Shown here in pieces: positions 42,445 to 45,850 of a stretch of 45,850 nt of DNA. Numbering within the stretch: position 1 is the first letter of the stretch; each line of letters opens with the position of its first letter. The position numbers and the translations under genes were made by a program. This DNA comes from Anaerolineae bacterium (GTDB lineage Bacteria; Chloroflexota; Anaerolineae; Anaerolineales; UBA4823), in NCBI GenBank assembly GCA_041481345.1, contig JBGPBQ010000002.1, positions 1-45,850 of the forward strand. The letters are read 5' to 3'. A model generated the notes under the pieces. The model worked only from the letters and a program-made list of their open reading frames with translations, did no database searches and was not told where the DNA came from.

Positions 42445-43691
42445 ACCTCTCCTCCTCCTGTCAGCAGCGGAAGGATATCATGTTTGAAGATTGCCTGCCA
42501 GGTGAAATTTTTTCGGATACGCTGGCGCAAGCGCTGAGTAGGGCTGTTTCGTGCCCATCCCAGGATCAGCTCTGCCACCTGGTCTGCTGATGAATCCGCC
42601 GAAAACCGGATCACCTCCTGGCCTCCAATCTCTTCCGACGCAGGGATTTCCGTGCTGAAGATGGGCATGCCAATCAATCCCGCTTCCAGGATCGGCATCC
42701 CGAACCCCTCCCTGTGGCTGGGCATGAACAGCACGTCGCAAATTCGGTAAAGTTCTCCCACCAGCGGTAAACCAATCGCATACTCGTTTTCCCCTTGCGG
42801 ACCCGATGAATACACAAACCCAGATTCCCGCTCGACACCCAACTTCGAGCGCAGCTCCAATAAGCTGTGATAATATGCCATGTCTTCGGGGTCATGTGGG
42901 TCGGGTGGACCGGTGACTACAAGCTTCGTGCGGATGCTCTTAGATACAAGGCTGGCAGTGACCTGCAGGGCGAGCTCGATATTCTTTGCCTGGGTGACGC
43001 GAACCGGCATCAAGAGAATCAGGTCGGCCTCATTCAGCCCGAGGCGCTCGACCAGCACCTGACCCTCATCTGACAGGCTGTATATGTCCGCCGGGTCGAC
43101 CCCATCGTACACCACCTGGATTCGCTCAGGTGCGCAATGAAATAATCCTGCCAGCTCTGCCTGGCGGTGGAGCGATACTGTCACGTAAGTTACATCTTCC
43201 CGATATGTTCGCAGCAGGTCCCACGGGTAGCCTGGATGTACATTTGGCCTCGAGTGGGAGCTGGTCCAGGTGAAATCATGGCACCAGGCGATGCAGTGTT
43301 TGATCTTCCCCTGGTCGAGCAGTCGAATCAGGGCTGCCGTCAGTGGCAGGTTGAAATGCTTGGTAAACACATTGTGGATGATGACATGATCCATCCCCTC
43401 AATGGCAGCTTCTAATGCTTTCTCGATGCTAGCTGTTAATAACTCAAAATCATCCGGGACTTTGCCGTCTTCCAGCTGCTGGCTGGCCTGAACGATCTGC
43501 GGATGGCGGGAATCCATTTCTGGAATTCGGATAAACTCCGCCCCATCTGGGAGGGCAGCCTTTTCACCAGCACCGGCGATCAATGTCACCGGGTAGCCGG
43601 CACCGAGAAGCAATGAAGCGTGCGCCTGGATCACCGCCTCGACCCCTCCTACCACCGGAGGGAGTGAGTAATGCAGGATCGCGGTTTTCAT
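42441..43691 (-). CDS. GT4-family (group 1) glycosyltransferase
   Basis: GT-B fold signatures. The C-terminal EGFGMPILEAGLIGMPIF contains the E-x7-E motif. ATGA overlaps on both sides with otsA and otsB. Confidence 0.8.
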   Translation of the reverse strand: MKTAILHYSLPPVVGGVEAVIQAHASLLLGAGYPVTLIAGAGEKAALPDGAEFIRIPEMDSRHPQIVQASQQLEDGKVPDDFELLTASIEKALEAAIEGMDHVIIHNVFTKHFNLPLTAALIRLLDQGKIKHCIAWCHDFTWTSSHSRPNVHPGYPWDLLRTYREDVTYVTVSLHRQAELAGLFHCAPERIQVVYDGVDPADIYSLSDEGQVLVERLGLNEADLILLMPVRVTQAKNIELALQVTASLVSKSIRTKLVVTGPPDPHDPEDMAYYHSLLELRSKLGVERESGFVYSSGPQGENEYAIGLPLVGELYRICDVLFMPSHREGFGMPILEAGLIGMPIFSTEIPASEEIGGQEVIRFSADSSADQVAELILGWARNSPTQRLRQRIRKNFTWQAIFKHDILPLLTGGGEV

Positions 43692-45229
43692 AAACCAAGC
43701 TCAACGATGGTTTCCAGCTGCCTGCACAGCCAATCGACGATATCCTCCCGCTCGACAAGGCTGCGTAATCGCTCAGCTTTCTCTTTTCGTTCGTCAGGCG
43801 GCATGACCAGCGCCTGGTGCAGCGCACTGGCAGTCGTGGAGATATCCAGCGGTGGGATGACCAGCGCACCCGACCCAAGCTGCTCGTGGGCGCCTGTCCG
43901 TTCAGAGAGCACCAACACCCCTTGCTGTTGGTTGACCACCGGACCTTCCTTAGCGACCAGGTTCATCCCGTCTGCAATCGAATTTACCAGCAGCACATCA
44001 TACAGCTGCATGGCTGCCACAGCGCGCGGATAGTTTTCTCCCACCATCACCCGCACCGGCTCCCAATTACTGTCCCCATATTTGGCGTTCACCTGACCGG
44101 CAGCCCCCATTAATTCGTTCAGATAATTTTGATATTGCTCCACCTCCATACGGGAGGGGACTAATAATGCCAGGAATTGCACCTTGCCGCGGTGCTCCGG
44201 GTACAGCTCGAGCAGCTCATCAAATGCCTGGAAGCCGCGCACAATATTCTTGCTGGGTTCGATGCGATCGATGCGCAGGATCAACGGGCTACCGCCGTAT
44301 TGTTCCAAAAATGACTTGTGATGTTCCGCCACCTCCTCCGACAGGGCCAATCGTTTGAGTGCCTTCACGTCAATCGAGATCGGGAATTCGCGCACATGGG
44401 TGGTATGGTTCCGATACCACACCCGGCTTTTTTTGAAATTCACATGCGCCCTCGGTAAGTGGCTCTCACACGTGCGGATGAAGTTCAAGGCATCCTCCCG
44501 CGTTTGGAACCCCAGCAAGTCCACCGAGCACAAACCTTCCAGGATGCTCTGCCGCATGCGTGGTGGCAGTAAGCCCCAATCTTCAGCTCCAGGCCAGGGG
44601 ATGTGGATGAAATGCATCAGGGTGTATTTTTTCCGCGGGCGGAATACTCTGCGGATGTAATACGGCGCCAGGTACAGGTGATAGTCCTGGAGCATCACCA
44701 AAGACGGCTGCCCTTTTGCCAGGATTTGTTTCGAGACCGCCTCTGCAAACTGCCGGTTGACCACCATATATCCATTTTGCCAGTTCTGCCAAGTGGTGCG
44801 GTCAATCGTCGGCGAGCGGAAGATATCCCACATCGAATGCTGCAGGAACCACAGCAGCGGGTTAGCGATCACTTTGTAATAGCCATCATAGGCAGATTCT
44901 GCTGACGTTACGAACTGCACCTGCATCGACCCACCTCCCTCAGCGATGGACACCATTCCCCCCTGCCAGGTCTTATCTTCCTCCGAGAGTGCGCTGGCGA
45001 TCCAGCAAGCATCCACGTGCTGTGCGATGCCGGATATCGCAGACACGAGCCCCCCTCCTCCGCTGCGCTGTGGCTGGATCACCCCATTCTCATCCGTATG
45101 GAAGGTAATCGGTCCATGGTTAGAGGCAATGATCAGCTGCCGGGTTTGTAGTAGCTGCTCCCACGAGCTGCAGTATATCTCACTGCCTTGTAAGCCGATC
45201 ATATCTGGAGAAGTATCCATGAAATTCAC
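43688..45229 (-). CDS. otsA: Alpha,alpha-trehalose-phosphate synthase (GT20)
   Basis: NPLLWFLQHSMWD, LQDYHLYLAP, FIHIPWP and LVNSIADGMNLVAKE. Confidence 0.9.
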   Translation of the reverse strand: MNFMDTSPDMIGLQGSEIYCSSWEQLLQTRQLIIASNHGPITFHTDENGVIQPQRSGGGGLVSAISGIAQHVDACWIASALSEEDKTWQGGMVSIAEGGGSMQVQFVTSAESAYDGYYKVIANPLLWFLQHSMWDIFRSPTIDRTTWQNWQNGYMVVNRQFAEAVSKQILAKGQPSLVMLQDYHLYLAPYYIRRVFRPRKKYTLMHFIHIPWPGAEDWGLLPPRMRQSILEGLCSVDLLGFQTREDALNFIRTCESHLPRAHVNFKKSRVWYRNHTTHVREFPISIDVKALKRLALSEEVAEHHKSFLEQYGGSPLILRIDRIEPSKNIVRGFQAFDELLELYPEHRGKVQFLALLVPSRMEVEQYQNYLNELMGAAGQVNAKYGDSNWEPVRVMVGENYPRAVAAMQLYDVLLVNSIADGMNLVAKEGPVVNQQQGVLVLSERTGAHEQLGSGALVIPPLDISTTASALHQALVMPPDERKEKAERLRSLVEREDIVDWLCRQLETIVELGL

Positions 45230-45524
45230 CCTTAGCTTTAAGCTCTGTAATCGTTATTTTTCACCCCAATAAACTACCCGCCCAAAAGGTTGTTGTATCC
45301 TGATCATTACGAGAAATGTCTGGCTGCCCTATCAGTCAAGAATGATCCCGCCTTTCACCTTGGTTTGCATATATCGTGTTCCAATCTCACCCGCAAAACC
45401 TTAACCCATTCCATACTCCCTCCCCTTTAAGGAAGATTATTATACCGTTTCGCGCCCTCCGCCATGTAAAAAACGAAAGGAGGATTTGCATTCAGTCCTT
45501 CCGATAGACTTATCGATATTTTTT

Positions 45525-45850
45525 CCCCAGGCCAGCCTGTAAGCCGCATTCTGTCCATGCAGGTTTCCCTGCATTGATGATCATCTCTCTAGGACGTAAG
45601 TTACCTCACGCCTCATGCAGTCTACCCGAAGCTGCGGACCTTGCGGCCCAGGTGACGAGCAGCCACCTCCCATGGGATTGCCTCTGCTTGACCTTGCTCC
45701 AGGCGGGGGTTGCCTGGCCGTGGACGTTGCCGCCCACGCCGGTGGTCTCTTACACCACCTTTTCACCCTTACACTTACACCCGTAGGTGCGAGTGCGGTC
45801 TGTTTCTGTGGCCCGATCCGTCAGGTTGCCCCGTCCCGGGGGTTACCCGG
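45525..45850 (-). ncRNA. rnpB: RNase P RNA, bacterial type A, 5' end cut by the window edge
   Basis: The minus strand carries conserved blocks GGGCCACAGAAACAGACCGC, GUAAGGGUGAAAAGGUGGUGUAAGAGACCACC, CCGCCUGGAGCAAGGUCAAG, CGGGUAGACUGCAUGAGG and GGACAGAAUGCGGCUUACAGGCUGGCC. The P1-P4 5' strand (GAGGAAAGUCCGGGC) lies beyond position 45850. Confidence 0.85.

Noticed and set aside
45574-45786. Two roughly 60-70-aa ORFs at the right edge
   Set aside because: They lie within the RNase P RNA gene, whose conserved sequence blocks explain the region.

Overview
This is a 45.85-kb bacterial chromosomal segment of moderate to high GC. PT-rich lipoprotein linkers, a SARP-AAA-TPR regulator, a RayT-like remnant and heptanucleotide repeats suggest a Chloroflexota/Anaerolineae-like organism, but that is inference only. 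I support about 50 protein genes, one RNA gene and several gene remnants.

Layout from left to right:
1. 99-2183: an AT-richer left edge with an HTH-like gene, a strong terminator and a stand-alone Cas1 homologue. No cas2, effector gene or CRISPR array is visible.
2. 2472-9581: housekeeping and accessory genes. These are a CBS protein, a J-domain protein, a methyltransferase pseudogene with three in-frame stops, a PlsC acyltransferase, an active plus a degenerate DEDD exonuclease pair, and a P1B-2 (Zn/Cd-type) ATPase.
3. 9889-11442: a nine-heme lipoprotein cytochrome cassette. It is bracketed by about 390-bp direct repeats made of the ATPase 3' end and the pspC 3' end.
4. 12225-20207: ADP-ribosylglycohydrolase, two tandem MDR dehydrogenases, an FAD oxidoreductase, a decayed patch (RayT and Rieske remnants plus a GNAT gene) and a GGDEF protein.
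5. 20925-25970: a second cassette (small protein, secreted protein, 1160-aa SARP/BTAD-AAA-TPR regulator). It is bracketed by duplicated 3' ends of a methyltransferase gene that share a 71-nt identical core.
6. 27863-30167: dCMP deaminase, class-V aminotransferase and a B3/4-domain protein.
7. 30215-41338: an 11-kb co-directional minus-strand supercluster. It encodes a zinc-ribbon protein, YHS, rhodanese and DUF302 proteins, a NarL-type two-component system, DUF2085, several Cys/His-motif proteins, a DUF1573 gene with an in-frame TGA, two cupredoxins with complete CuA ligand sets (one fused to cytochrome c), a NapH/CcoG-like polyferredoxin and a PCYCGC lipoprotein.
8. 41653-45229: an otsA-GT4-otsB operon.
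9. From about 45525 to the window edge: the 3' two-thirds or more of RNase P RNA.

Most interesting observations:
- The orphan CuA/polyferredoxin redox module.
- The DUF1573 TGA, which has a SECIS-like hairpin 12 nt downstream and is a selenocysteine candidate.
- The solo Cas1 with a structured leader.
- The two cassettes flanked by duplicated gene 3' ends.

All family calls come from motif recognition by eye. No database search was run.
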